A stretch of DNA of 64,000 nucleotides from an uncultured Clostridia bacterium (GCA_944350275.1 CALVOK010000014.1:11545-75544), one strand, 5' to 3'. Numbered from the stretch's first letter, positions 1 through 10,905 are shown. Notes: generated by a model from the letters alone, not told the origin. Numbers and translations: made by a program.

Positions 1-650
1 TGGTCTTGTTGAGAGTTGTTTATAATAACACCATCCTTAAAATATGAGGAGGCAATCTTATTTGAATTTTGACCTACTATTCCTGCCATATTATAAGGTG
101 TTTTCATGTTGATAGACACACTGCAGTTAGTTATATAACCTGAGTTTATTGCAGATATTCCAGCCATATAACTTGCACCATTTAGTGCGTTATCTGCCCT
201 AACAACAACATAGTATTCACTGCCATTAACTTCATCAGTAGTAACATTGCAATTTGTAATTATACCATTATTCTCAACGACAATGCCACCGAAATTAAAA
301 CTATTCGCCTGTGTCACAAATTTTACTGTGCGAAGTCCATACCAGCCATACTCGTCATTAGAGTCAACATTCATATCACTTCCATCACTTGCAGAAGTGA
401 AGTTTACATTTAAGTTTCTTATAATTGAACCGCTTGGCAAGGACTCAAATAGTCCTATACTGTCACGACTGCCCATATCATAAGTTCCTGCGAAATTAAT
501 CGTATGTCCGTTGCCATCAAATGAGGCTATATCTACATTTATTGGAGTAAATGCCTCAACTCCGCTTTCTACATTTGATGTATTTGGAAGAGTTATGTCA
601 TTAAGTAGAATATAATAACCACCTCTTTGCATATCCATTAAGTCTTCATA
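1..650 (-). repeat. Protein-level beta-helix module 2 of the giant ORF (FDGNGH motif plus GLUG-like repeats), truncated by window edge
   Basis: NVDIASFDGNGHT is encoded at 539-501. GASYMAGISAINSGYITNCS lies at 179-121 and YNMAGIVGQNSNKIASSYF at about 95-40. This F-x-G-x-FDGNGHxI lead-in followed by GG/AG-hydrophobic-x-G-x-N-x-G turns is typical of Firmicute GLUG surface proteins. Confidence 0.7.
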
Positions 651-3600
651 GTCATAGATAGGAAGAGGACTTTCCTCACTGCTTGAGGAGTATACATTAA
701 ACACAAATGTAGTTGATATATCAATTGAGTTCGCTTCATCTTCAACAACTCTATATGTTCCATTAATCGAGTTGTATGCAATAGAGGACTGATATGTAAA
801 GAAGTAATATCTGTCTTGTGGAGCATGGGTTCTTATAGGTATAATGTCAAGCCCTTCTGATGTAAAGTAGTAGTTTGACACAATCCTTTCACTGCCACGA
901 GCATCATAACCTAATAGATAAGTCATTCTGCCATTACCCTCCACTGCCTGACTATAATCAGGTTGCGTGTCTGTGATAAGATTGGTAATTGTGTTCCAGT
1001 TTCCTTCACTTGAAAGGTTGGACATAAGTAAATTTATGCTATTTACAACAGAGGTAATATCAGGATTGTATTCAATATAGTCAAACAAATCAATACCTAA
1101 GGTGTACTGCGTTCCAACTTGAATATTTATCTCACCATTGCCCATACCTGCGACGATATCAGCATTTTGGTTTTCATTTTCACTGTAATTTACTACATAC
1201 TCACTTATTGTGACAAATGTTGAACTGCTTGATTGTCTTACAAGATCACCCTCTTGTTGCGACGCAGAAATTGAAATTGTGAACGTGTTTTGTCCGCTTG
1301 CATAATCAATAACTGATGATGTAATTTCGAGATAATACACTCCATTTTCCTCGACAATTCTTGCAACAGAGTCATTGTCGATTGTTGGCGCGGTTATACT
1401 GCTTGATTGGTAACCATAAGAGTTTATGTTCAATCTGTATCTCATGCCTCTTGCGACATTATATTGAGCATAATAGCCACCTGTGTTTGTTGATGTTGGC
1501 TCTTTACCATCAATTTCAACAGCAACAAAGTTTTGCAATCTTACTGTTAAGTTTTTGTTAACAGTGTAACTTTGTCCGTCTTTAACTAGGCTAATAACAA
1601 ATGTTGTTGTGCTTCCGTCAATAACATTATAGGAACCTAAATCATATTTGATATATATAATACCGTTATAGGTGTAATATAAATTTTCGCCGTCCTCTTG
1701 CTTATCATATACATCAATTATATCCTCTAAATATAGTCTAAGTCCTGTTGAAGTTGTCGAACCTATTATATACTCATCATTGAAAATACTTCCTGTGCCA
1801 TAGGTATTTGCATTACGTGCAACAAGTCCAAATGTTGCAGTTGCATTTCCCATTTGACTATTACCCTCGGCATTTTCAATCAAGATGTAATCAAAATCGC
1901 TATCATCTGGAGAAACGGTAATAGAAAGGAGCCCTGTCACCCCTGGAACAGCATAATTTGACGTTGTAGAAAGCCCAATCGTACCTGTTGACTCTAACAA
2001 ATTTGCATAGTTATCAACTGTAACAGAAATTATATTTGTTTGCTCAAAATTGATTGTAAATGCAGTATAGACTGATGTGTTTGAACTTGCGTAGATATAA
2101 ATAGTATACTCACCATATATATTTTGATTATATCTATCTTGATAGAGCAAACTGTATTTATTAACTGATAGAGAAAGTTCAAATTTCTGAGATGACAAAT
2201 TATTTATATTGTTTGAATCCGCAAAGAAAGATACATCAAAGAGAGCATCTTCATCGCTATACAAATAGGTAAAGTTAAATACACTCTCAAGTTCGCTACT
2301 GCCCTGCAATATCTCATTATTTGGTCCTACAATATAATAATATGGATTATCCTCAAGTGCAGTTGAATTTATTATAATTATATCATTTAACTTTTGACTT
2401 GAAATAAGTGGAACATTGTTATATTTTGTGTTATTTAAACTTGTTGCACCCTTTCGGTAATTAATTGTAACGTTGTCAAGTGTCTTATTGACATTTGAAG
2501 AGTAGACAATTCCCACTCTAGTATTATTTTGTGTCTCAGTTTCAGTCAGTGTATATGTGAGTTTTGGAACAATTGTAAGTTTATAGTCCGCCTCAATTGT
2601 CTCTGTATTCTTCCTGATAATTATAGTTTGTCCTGTAATATCAATATCAAGTTCGTCGCTAGCATCAACAGTATCCTCACCCTCCTGGCGACTAATTTGT
2701 GTTATATCTGCTGTCACCAAGGTATTTTGAGAGAGATTAAACACTACATTATTGAAGAAAACTACACCATTTCTATCTGATTCAAATGTATGATAGTCAC
2801 CATTTACATCCTGTATATTTAGATTTAACGAATAGAAAGGTCGCACATAGAAGGTCGCACTATTGTTTCCTCTCATGTTTATTGTCGCATTGTTTATTGG
2901 AGTAGAATTTGCCGAAGTGTCAGGATAAATAATTGAACTTGACTGATAATCTTCATTTTCACTATGGGTGAATTCTGGTTGGTCAGGATTAAAATAATTT
3001 ACCACGTAGATATAGAATACTAAAGCATTATTTGAATTTAACACGCTTGTAGCAGTAACCTGTGCAAAACCTGTTGTTTTAACATTTATTCGGCCATTTT
3101 GGTCAATCGTCAGAATATCCCTATTGTTTGAGATAAATGTCATTTCACCTGTTGTCGTGATAGGATATATAATACTGTTGAAATCCACATAGTTTAAATA
3201 TGTATCAAGCAGGTTTTGATAGTCCTGACTGCTTTCACTTCCTGTCATTGTAGAAAAATAGAACATATAGTAGATATTTTGATTGCCAACACCTTGATAA
3301 CCGCTAGAGTTTTTAGCATAGAGTTTGTTGTTGTACTTAGCATTTATTGACAATAAGTCCTCGTCACCAAGTGCAAAGAATGATTGTCCAAGCAAAGTGT
3401 TGCCACTATCACCAACTATTATAAAATCACCATAATAACTTGTCCTGTTATAACTTGAAATAGGCATTCCATCAGCCAAATTCTCCTCTGGAATAACAAT
3501 TCTATTTCTTGAAAGAGTGTAGGTAAAAACATTCTTATAATCTCCACTCTCACTATCGGCACCACGCATGATATCTACACTATTACCATTAAAGGTACCA

Positions 3601-6600
3601 AAGGCAAGTTTGTCTGAATTGGCTTGGTTGTTGTATGCATCCTCAAAGTACCCATTTACCTTGGAAACGTTATACAAGATAATCATTGATGCGTTTATGC
3701 CTGAATTTCCACTGTCAACTGCTTGAATAGCAAATGCTGAATTTAATGCTCGTACATTGCGAATATTTGCTATTCCTGCAACTTGAGCGGTTGTCGAACC
3801 TGAAACTTGAGCAAGATAGCCTCTCACAAAAGTTCTAGACGTAATGCCTGTGAAGTTGTCTATTTGCACTCCGCCATCACCGACCAATTCAATATAGCCA
3901 ACAACACCACCTATATAGTCATAACCACTGACCTCACCGCCAACGACTATACCTTGACCTGCAATATAGTCATTAACAGATTCTACAATTGTCGAGCCTG
4001 TATAGTTATAATATTTTGTATAACTCAAAACATTTCCGCTATATAAATTGTACCCGCTTTCAATTGCACTGCCGTTTGCACTGTAACCAGCAAGACCGCC
4101 AACATATGTAATATTTGTTGTGGTGTTTGTTCCTCCATGATAAACAGGATTTGCCTGCAATAAAGCATAAGCCATATAATTTGTATAGCCTACAAAATTT
4201 AAAACTTTTGAGTCAATTTTTCTTATAAAACCATTATTGTAACCGCTTGCACCACCAATATATGTATCAGCACTGTAAAGTCCGTCAAGGTAATTTACAA
4301 CCATAGTGCCGTTCATATACAGCAAGATTTTAGGTCGCATGTTTGCATAACTATATCGACCTGCACCCACAATATTATAGGTATTATTAACATTATCAAG
4401 TTGCGTTTCAGTCAAACTTCTAGTCAGTGAATCATCATCTTCAAACAAGGTGTAATCTTGCAAAATAGTACCATTGTTTACACCGACAACACCGCCTATG
4501 TATCCACTTATGATATTGACAGATGAACTTTCAACAGTAACTCCAATATTAATCAGATTACCATTATTTTCACCAGCAACAAGACCTACAAAACTACCTA
4601 GTGGAGCAAATTCTTCCTCCTCATCACCGCCAACATTTATTTCACCTGAAAAGGCAACGTATTCTATGTATGCCTCTTCGGCTATTTTAGAAAACAGGCC
4701 ATAGTAACTCGCATTTTCACTGCCATTTGTAATAGTTAAAGTTTGTGAATTGATGATGTTTATTCCAGAAATTTCTGCATACTGACCTGTTCCTACAATA
4801 GAACCATGCAATACTCCAAGTGGAAGTCTGTCACTTATTGAAGAAACGTCAATTGATGAAGTTATTTGATAATGTGCATTTAGATTCATATTAAGTAAAT
4901 CTTCGGCATCTTGAATAGTAAACCTTGCGTGTTCTGTTCCATTTGCAAAATATACTGGTATCTCTATTGCCACATTTTCGTAATTACTTAAAATATTCCC
5001 ATTTTCATCAAGCCAATCAGTTGCGACAATAATAAGTGTGCCCTGCATTGAGCCATCATAAGTCTCAGCATTTTCAACAAATTGTTCACTTACTGTTAAA
5101 ACAATCTCATATCTTCCGTCACTCACAACATATTTAATAGAATTTTCGTCAAACATATTGTAAGTAGATGTTGTGCCGTCTGGATTTGATATTGTAATAC
5201 TGCCACCTTCAAAGAAAGCGACAATTTCACCATTTGTTGCTGTATTAAGGTTAGTAGGATATGCAATTAACGAGTGCGTTCTCTCGGTCGAGGTAAATTC
5301 AAGACTTGTTATATTTGTCTCTTGAAGTGTTATACTTTGCACCTCTTCATAATATGAGACCCTTATGTTTATTGTATACGAGAATATTCGACCATATTGC
5401 CCTACATGAGCAATTAGTTTAAAGTTTCGCAAATCTGATACACTTGGAAGTGCTGTAAATGTCATACTTGATGTATCAAAAGTTCCGACACCTGTAAGAG
5501 TGTAAATATTATTTCCGCCCTCTTCGTAGTACATAATGTCGACACTTCTTCCATCCTTTGTTATTCCCCATGTCCAGTCAGTCTCCCAATAGATGAAATC
5601 TTGATTAAATGTGCTTTGAACATATGTAGTATCTACCTGATTGATAGTTTGAGGCAAAGCAAACAAGAAAGCATCATTGTTTGTAACTGTAACATTGAAA
5701 TTTACCGACCTTGCATCTGTATTATTTGTGCCTGAATAGACGTCAGCATAGGCGGCACTGACACCATAATTTCTGATTGTTTCTTCACTGCTTGTCTCAT
5801 CTCTATAATCACCTCTGCCATCATGCTCTTTATAAACATTAAGTCCGCCTATGTAACTAAAACTTACAATATCAACATAATATATCAAGGTAACAGGCTC
5901 CAGCAAAAAGTTGTCAACATTATTACCACTTACTCTCAACTCGAGTGTTGTAGCACCATTTGCCAAAACATAGACGTTGAAATTTTTATTGTTGTTTGTC
6001 GCATTATTAATGTTTATAAGTTGAGAGACAAAACTGAATTGGACATTATTTATAGCAGTTGTATTCAAATTTCCATTTGCAGATACTGAAACATCAAAAT
6101 ATGTATTTTCTCCACTATTTAAAACATAAAGCAAACTTGACAATCTATCTTCTTCGTCAACTTCCTGATTGAGTTTTATTGAATTCTGAACATTTTGTGT
6201 TGAAATGGATACACTTTGCAGTGATTCAACAACTGTTATTGTAAGTAAAAGTTGTTTGCCATTCTCTAGCAAAATAACATAACTACCTGTGCCAATGGTT
6301 GTTGGTCGCAAAACGAGATTAAGTAGATAAATTGAACCTTGCTGAGTGCATATTTGCTCGCCAAATGAAAACCTGACAACATCAGTCGTGTTCGGTTCTA
6401 ATGAAATTTCCACATCGTCAAATGGAGCATCAGCATAAATATCACTAAAAGCAACCTCTCCACCATTTATGTCAAGGTAAATTTTCTCTTCAAAAGCATC
6501 CGTTAGAAAATCAAATTGTGTTACACCTTGATTTATTTGGTAAAGTAACTCAACCTGTTTACTCTCCTCTTGCATTATATTGAAGTTGAGAGTAATAGGA

Positions 6601-8189
6601 AGAGACTGCACCTCATTTGTAACAGGTGCTCCCACTTCGCCCTTTAAATATATAGGTTCGTCTAAATCATCTATAACAACAATTGGATTTGTAGTGCTGT
6701 CATATTCGTCGCCGTCATATCTAAGTTGCAAATTGGTCCCTGTCAGGTCAATTATCATATTCTCATATTCTGCATTCTCAGGATTTAGTGTAAATAAAAA
6801 TCTTTGCCAGCCGTAGTCACCATAATAGACATTATAGAAGGTAAACACCTGCTGGGTACTTTCAAGGTCTATATCATTGACTAAAATATTTGTAGGTACA
6901 ATTCTAATATTTACAGGAATAGAATAGATATAATTCACATTGCTATCCTCGCTATTTTCAAACCCATCATAATAAAAGTTTAGTTCAAAACTTGCCACCT
7001 GCCCTTGTCTTGTAGCACAGTCAATTTGATAGATAAAGGTTGTTATTCCGTTCTCGGTAACCTTTCCTAAGCCTTTTGAGTTGTAAATATTTGCACTATT
7101 GCTTGTTACCCTAGTCTTAAGTATATTGCTTTCACTTTCAATACTTACCTCGAGGTAGACTGTAACAAAATCAATCTCTCTTCCCACATAAATTCCATTT
7201 TGAATTGTACTTGTATAACTTGGAATTAAAGTTATATCACTGCCAACACTATTTGGAAATTTGTATGAGCCCTTCTCATAATCGAGGTCGACAATTTTAT
7301 AGCCAACATCATGAGTTATACTTTCAGCATTTATATCAGATAAAACATAAAAATCTCGCTGACAGGTAAGAGCCTCGCCAGTTGAAGTTCTATTCACTGC
7401 AAGAAATGACAATTTTTCGCCTGCAGTAACATTTGTGGCAAGATTTGTATCAAAACTATATTGCCCATCCGCGTAACTAACATCAATAAAATCATATCTC
7501 ACATTTGTAGAGCCTGCAACAGAACTCTCCTGCCCTAAAGTGAACAGGTCTCCATCGCTATTTTCAAAAATGAGATATTGAAGGTTATTTTCTTCTAAAA
7601 CAATTAACTTAACACTTGTAAAAGCATTTTTAAGTTCATCATTATCAGTCACATCCTCAATTGTGATTGCATCATCTGCTTTCCCGTAAAAATAGTATTC
7701 AAGTTCTCTTTCTGTTGCACTGGATGAAAAAGAGAAGTCAGCAGAGGTCGGAATAAGTTGTGATGTTATTGATGTGTAAAGAGAGTTGCTTGCACTTGTA
7801 AAACTATCAGTGTATTGTCTTACATAAATAGGGATGCTACGACTGATATCGCCCTCTCTTGTCCATACTGTAAGAGTCGAACTTCCACCTTTAAGCCCTG
7901 TAATAACATAGGTGCTTGAATATCCAGTGGTGCTTAGCAACTCAATACTATACCTCCCGTCATCACTAGGTTGGACATCAAAACCACTGTCCATATTGCT
8001 TACAGGATTATTAATTGTAAAAGTTATATTTTGAGAATTTTCTTCACCAATAAAGAGTTCAATAGACTCCTGTGAAGAGGTAATTGTGACATTTGAATAA
8101 TCTATACTGCCACAAGCAACAAAAAGAAGGCTTGCAACGACAAGTAGCAAACTAAAAATCAACATACTTAATTTTTTTGTTTTTGTCAT
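1..8189 (-). CDS. Giant predicted surface lipoprotein, 3'-partial (at least 2729 codons in window, no stop before left edge)
   Basis: ATG at 8189-8187 (rc), preceded by AAGGAAGG (rc of 8191-8200). N-terminus MTKTKKLSMLIFSLLLVVASLLFVAC/GS has a lipobox. I hand-translated the same frame and found it open at 8189-7921, 4920-4441, 3809-3721, 1079-961, 539-501 and 179-1. The track lists no long minus-strand ORF here, as expected if the frame has no stop inside the window. Confidence 0.85.
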   Translation of the reverse strand, partial: MTKTKKLSMLIFSLLLVVASLLFVACGSIDYSNVTITSSQESIELFIGEENSQNITFTINNPVSNMDSGFDVQPSDDGRYSIELLSTTGYSSTYVITGLKGGSSTLTVWTREGDISRSIPIYVRQYTDSFTSASNSLYTSITSQLIPTSADFSFSSSATERELEYYFYGKADDAITIEDVTDNDELKNAFTSVKLIVLEENNLQYLIFENSDGDLFTLGQESSVAGSTNVRYDFIDVSYADGQYSFDTNLATNVTAGEKLSFLAVNRTSTGEALTCQRDFYVLSDINAESITHDVGYKIVDLDYEKGSYKFPNSVGSDITLIPSYTSTIQNGIYVGREIDFVTVYLEVSIESESNILKTRVTSNSANIYNSKGLGKVTENGITTFIYQIDCATRQGQVASFELNFYYDGFENSEDSNVNYIYSIPVNIRIVPTNILVNDIDLESTQQVFTFYNVYYGDYGWQRFLFTLNPENAEYENMIIDLTGTNLQLRYDGDEYDSTTNPIVVIDDLDEPIYLKGEVGAPVTNEVQSLPITLNFNIMQEESKQVELLYQINQGVTQFDFLTDAFEEKIYLDINGGEVAFSDIYADAPFDDVEISLEPNTTDVVRFSFGEQICTQQGSIYLLNLVLRPTTIGTGSYVILLENGKQLLLTITVVESLQSVSISTQNVQNSIKLNQEVDEEDRLSSLLYVLNSGENTYFDVSVSANGNLNTTAINNVQFSFVSQLININNATNNNKNFNVYVLANGATTLELRVSGNNVDNFLLEPVTLIYYVDIVSFSYIGGLNVYKEHDGRGDYRDETSSEETIRNYGVSAAYADVYSGTNNTDARSVNFNVTVTNNDAFLFALPQTINQVDTTYVQSTFNQDFIYWETDWTWGITKDGRSVDIMYYEEGGNNIYTLTGVGTFDTSSMTFTALPSVSDLRNFKLIAHVGQYGRIFSYTINIRVSYYEEVQSITLQETNITSLEFTSTERTHSLIAYPTNLNTATNGEIVAFFEGGSITISNPDGTTSTYNMFDENSIKYVVSDGRYEIVLTVSEQFVENAETYDGSMQGTLIIVATDWLDENGNILSNYENVAIEIPVYFANGTEHARFTIQDAEDLLNMNLNAHYQITSSIDVSSISDRLPLGVLHGSIVGTGQYAEISGINIINSQTLTITNGSENASYYGLFSKIAEEAYIEYVAFSGEINVGGDEEEEFAPLGSFVGLVAGENNGNLINIGVTVESSSVNIISGYIGGVVGVNNGTILQDYTLFEDDDSLTRSLTETQLDNVNNTYNIVGAGRYSYANMRPKILLYMNGTMVVNYLDGLYSADTYIGGASGYNNGFIRKIDSKVLNFVGYTNYMAYALLQANPVYHGGTNTTTNITYVGGLAGYSANGSAIESGYNLYSGNVLSYTKYYNYTGSTIVESVNDYIAGQGIVVGGEVSGYDYIGGVVGYIELVGDGGVQIDNFTGITSRTFVRGYLAQVSGSTTAQVAGIANIRNVRALNSAFAIQAVDSGNSGINASMIILYNVSKVNGYFEDAYNNQANSDKLAFGTFNGNSVDIMRGADSESGDYKNVFTYTLSRNRIVIPEENLADGMPISSYNRTSYYGDFIIVGDSGNTLLGQSFFALGDEDLLSINAKYNNKLYAKNSSGYQGVGNQNIYYMFYFSTMTGSESSQDYQNLLDTYLNYVDFNSIIYPITTTGEMTFISNNRDILTIDQNGRINVKTTGFAQVTATSVLNSNNALVFYIYVVNYFNPDQPEFTHSENEDYQSSSIIYPDTSANSTPINNATINMRGNNSATFYVRPFYSLNLNIQDVNGDYHTFESDRNGVVFFNNVVFNLSQNTLVTADITQISRQEGEDTVDASDELDIDITGQTIIIRKNTETIEADYKLTIVPKLTYTLTETETQNNTRVGIVYSSNVNKTLDNVTINYRKGATSLNNTKYNNVPLISSQKLNDIIIINSTALEDNPYYYIVGPNNEILQGSSELESVFNFTYLYSDEDALFDVSFFADSNNINNLSSQKFELSLSVNKYSLLYQDRYNQNIYGEYTIYIYASSNTSVYTAFTINFEQTNIISVTVDNYANLLESTGTIGLSTTSNYAVPGVTGLLSITVSPDDSDFDYILIENAEGNSQMGNATATFGLVARNANTYGTGSIFNDEYIIGSTTSTGLRLYLEDIIDVYDKQEDGENLYYTYNGIIYIKYDLGSYNVIDGSTTTFVISLVKDGQSYTVNKNLTVRLQNFVAVEIDGKEPTSTNTGGYYAQYNVARGMRYRLNINSYGYQSSSITAPTIDNDSVARIVEENGVYYLEITSSVIDYASGQNTFTISISASQQEGDLVRQSSSSTFVTISEYVVNYSENENQNADIVAGMGNGEINIQVGTQYTLGIDLFDYIEYNPDITSVVNSINLLMSNLSSEGNWNTITNLITDTQPDYSQAVEGNGRMTYLLGYDARGSERIVSNYYFTSEGLDIIPIRTHAPQDRYYFFTYQSSIAYNSINGTYRVVEDEANSIDISTTFVFNVYSSSSEESPLPIYDYEDLMDMQRGGYYILLNDITLPNTSNVESGVEAFTPINVDIASFDGNGHTINFAGTYDMGSRDSIGLFESLPSGSIIRNLNVNFTSASDGSDMNVDSNDEYGWYGLRTVKFVTQANSFNFGGIVVENNGIITNCNVTTDEVNGSEYYVVVRADNALNGASYMAGISAINSGYITNCSVSINMKTPYNMAGIVGQNSNKIASSYFKDGVIINNSQQD
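3700..4920 (-). repeat. Protein-level beta-helix module 1 of the giant ORF (GLUG-like G-G-hydrophobic-x-G-x-N-x-G repeats)
   Basis: Hand translation gives a lead-in TIQDAEDLLNMNLNAHYQIT (4919-4860). It is followed by repeats GSFVGLVAGENNGN, SGYIGGVVGVNNGTI (4520-4476), DTYIGGASGYNNG, TNITYVGGLAGYS, DYIGGVVGY and AQVAGIANIRN (3809-3750). Module boundaries are approximate. Confidence 0.7.
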
Positions 8190-8206
8190 ATTACCTTCCT
8201 TTGCTT

Positions 8207-10876
8207 TTATTCGTTTTTATCCTTGAATATCGACTCTACATATTCAAGTGGATGGATTTGAACCATTGTTCTTGCGGTTGGAGCAGTTATAACAAAGGCT
8301 TGTCCAACTTGAGCAGAAACAATACGGTTTCTTTCCTCTTTATTTATACCGCCCGAGTTCTTGTATAATTCAATAAGGTCATTAACATCATTTGGTGACA
8401 GTGAGAAAATAAGTGAGTATTGGCAGGCATTAATAACAGCGGTAGATTGTCTCTTGATTTCTTCAGAACCTACGAAGTCATTTATGTTTTGAGTAATGAC
8501 TATCTGCATACCACCATACTTACGTATTCTCTTTGCCATTGCAGTCATGAAGTTTAATGCAATAGGATATTTAGGGTTTATAAATGTGTGTGCCTCATCA
8601 ACGACAACTATAATTTTACGATTGGTATTGTGAAGTTTGTTGTAGTCCTTGTTGTTGATGATTTCATTTTCAATATATTTAAAAACCAAAAGCATTTGAG
8701 CATTTGTCAACATATCATTGTTGCCCGCAATAAGAGATTGGAAATTGAAACATACAAAGTTTTCATTTGTCTCAATCGAAGTAGGACCATTCCAGAGGTT
8801 TGAGTTTCTTCCACCCTTGGCAAATTTACGTATATATGCCTCAGCGACACGGAGGTTGTTTAACGTAAATTCCTCTTTTGCAGTCTTTAACCGCTCTTGA
8901 AGTAATGCATACAAGTCATCAAAAGTCGGATAATCGGTAGGTTTAAGTTCTCTTAAATCGGTATTTTCATTTATATTGAAATTTGCATACATATCAAGGA
9001 TAAGCGAGTTTATAATTTCAAAAGCATCAGAGGAAATACCTTCAAGAATGGTTCTAAAAAACTGTTCCAAGAATTGAAGGTGCTGATTGAATGAGTCGTC
9101 TTGTTTTTCACTCTCGTCCTCATCCTCAATGTTTTTCTTGTCATCCTCATCTCTATCAAGAGCACGAATGACGTGGAATGGGTTTATAATACCTTGAAGT
9201 GATGAACCTACATCAATCAGTTTACCTTTTAGACTGTCGGTAAGTTTTGAATATTCTTTTTCAGGGTCACAAATGAATATTTTTGTGTTGTCCGCCGCAA
9301 AGTTTGCAAGCAAAGTTTTTGTCGCAAATGACTTTCCTGAACCAGACTTTCCAATAATCATCATATTTGAGTTTACTCTTTGTGGGTCACGTCTAAAGAA
9401 GTCTATAAACACAGGATATGCATTGTCACCTATATAAACACCATTTTCATCCTGAAGTTCTGAAGATACAAATGGGAACACTCCAGCAAGAGTATAAGTT
9501 GGTATACCTCTTTGAAGTTCTTTTATATTGTCTCTCATTGAGATTCCTGAACTAATAAAAGCATCAATTTGACGTGCAAACATTTCGCTATATCTAAACC
9601 CTTCCTGTTTTAACACTGCCTTGACGTCTTTTCTAGCAGACTCCTCGCAAGTGATAAAAGTATTCACGTCGTAGAGTTGTTGATTGTTGTTTTTTAACTC
9701 TGCAAGCAAGTTTCTAAGAGTTTGAAGATGTGTGCTAATTTCAATTCGAGTACTACTTCGTCCTGTCTTATATAGTCTTGTTTCCATATCCATTATGGCT
9801 TTATCTATCTTTTTTTCCGAGTCATACTTGGATGCCTTTTGGAATTTCATAACAACTTTTGTTCTATCAAGAAGGAAGAAAGAGGACCCCCACGCATTGC
9901 CGACTTGCAAAGGATATTCTGTTATCGCATAGGTTCTATAATAATTTCCATCTATATTATATCTTGCTGCTGAAAACTTGATTTTATCAGGTGTTGCCCA
10001 GTTTATATACTCGGTATATGGTATAGTTTCAAGGTCTCGCTCATTAAATTCACGGTTATAGTTTGCTCTCAAAAAGACCGCAAGTTCATTTCCAACAAGC
10101 CTATGAGTATTAACAGGTGTAAGAGAGGAAGAAAGCGACATCGCCATACCATTTATAGTGTTTTCAAGCGCCTCAAGTTCTTTGCCAAGAACAACAATAT
10201 AAAAATAGTCCTTGTAAATTTTGTTTTCTCTGTTTCTATCCTCTATATATGCAATTCTCTCTTCAAGAATAGGAGTTCTAGCATCAACCTCTTCTTGTGT
10301 CATCTGTTTTTCATATAATTGGTCAAGCAGTCTATCATATTTTCTGTTTTCATTGTAGGCATAACTATCAAGCACCATAGCCTTATTTATTTTTACAATC
10401 TCGCATACCTGACTATCGTCGAGACGCCTCAGTGCATTTCCAAAGCCTACATCAATAAGGTTGTTTTGGCTATATTCATTTAGCAGGTCAAAAAGCACAG
10501 GTTTAACTTCAAGTACACCAGCATAATATGAACCATATGATATATATCTATCACCATAAATTGATTCAAAAGGAATGATATTTTTGATATTAGGTTTGCC
10601 CTTTTGTGGAGACTTTTCATATTTTTTCTTCTGCATTGAAAATCTAGCAAGGTGTGTTATTGTCACATAAAATCTGTCACTATCTGCAATTTTGAAAAAC
10701 ATGGATATAGAAAAGATTGCCCAAATTATAGCAACCCAAATACTGCCATTAAAATTTGAAGCAATAAGAACAATAAGCACAACAACGGCAATTGTCGCAA
10801 GCAACAAATCAATTGCTGTAAAACCTCTAACAAATTCAAGTTTTACTTTTGTTCTTCTAGGAACAATTCTGACCAT
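8207..10876 (-). CDS. VirB4/TrsE-family (AAA_10-type) conjugation-like ATPase with fused N-terminal VirB3/PrgI-like membrane hairpin
   Basis: Motifs read from the 889-aa translation: Walker A NMMIIGKSGSGKSF, FICDPEKEY, GIINPFHV, Walker B IIVVVDEAHTFI and RIRKYGGMQIVITQNINDF. The N-terminus carries two hydrophobic helices (LLLATIAVVVLIVLIA and IWVAIIWAIFSISMFF). RBS is GAGG, 8 nt before the ATG. The stop lies 17 nt from the giant ORF start. Confidence 0.8.
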   Translation of the reverse strand: MVRIVPRRTKVKLEFVRGFTAIDLLLATIAVVVLIVLIASNFNGSIWVAIIWAIFSISMFFKIADSDRFYVTITHLARFSMQKKKYEKSPQKGKPNIKNIIPFESIYGDRYISYGSYYAGVLEVKPVLFDLLNEYSQNNLIDVGFGNALRRLDDSQVCEIVKINKAMVLDSYAYNENRKYDRLLDQLYEKQMTQEEVDARTPILEERIAYIEDRNRENKIYKDYFYIVVLGKELEALENTINGMAMSLSSSLTPVNTHRLVGNELAVFLRANYNREFNERDLETIPYTEYINWATPDKIKFSAARYNIDGNYYRTYAITEYPLQVGNAWGSSFFLLDRTKVVMKFQKASKYDSEKKIDKAIMDMETRLYKTGRSSTRIEISTHLQTLRNLLAELKNNNQQLYDVNTFITCEESARKDVKAVLKQEGFRYSEMFARQIDAFISSGISMRDNIKELQRGIPTYTLAGVFPFVSSELQDENGVYIGDNAYPVFIDFFRRDPQRVNSNMMIIGKSGSGKSFATKTLLANFAADNTKIFICDPEKEYSKLTDSLKGKLIDVGSSLQGIINPFHVIRALDRDEDDKKNIEDEDESEKQDDSFNQHLQFLEQFFRTILEGISSDAFEIINSLILDMYANFNINENTDLRELKPTDYPTFDDLYALLQERLKTAKEEFTLNNLRVAEAYIRKFAKGGRNSNLWNGPTSIETNENFVCFNFQSLIAGNNDMLTNAQMLLVFKYIENEIINNKDYNKLHNTNRKIIVVVDEAHTFINPKYPIALNFMTAMAKRIRKYGGMQIVITQNINDFVGSEEIKRQSTAVINACQYSLIFSLSPNDVNDLIELYKNSGGINKEERNRIVSAQVGQAFVITAPTARTMVQIHPLEYVESIFKDKNE

Positions 10877-10905
10877 ATTTACCTCGCTAATTTATTTTAC
10901 TACAA

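Noticed and set aside
247-8368. Thirteen short ORFs of 62-88 aa listed in the track inside 1-8368 (twelve plus-strand, for example 247-483, 3807-4046, 5823-6089, plus the minus-strand 638-826)
   Set aside because: All lie antisense or out of frame to the continuous giant minus-strand ORF or the ATPase gene. Their translations are low-complexity (Cys/Ile/Leu/Phe-rich) and they lack an RBS.
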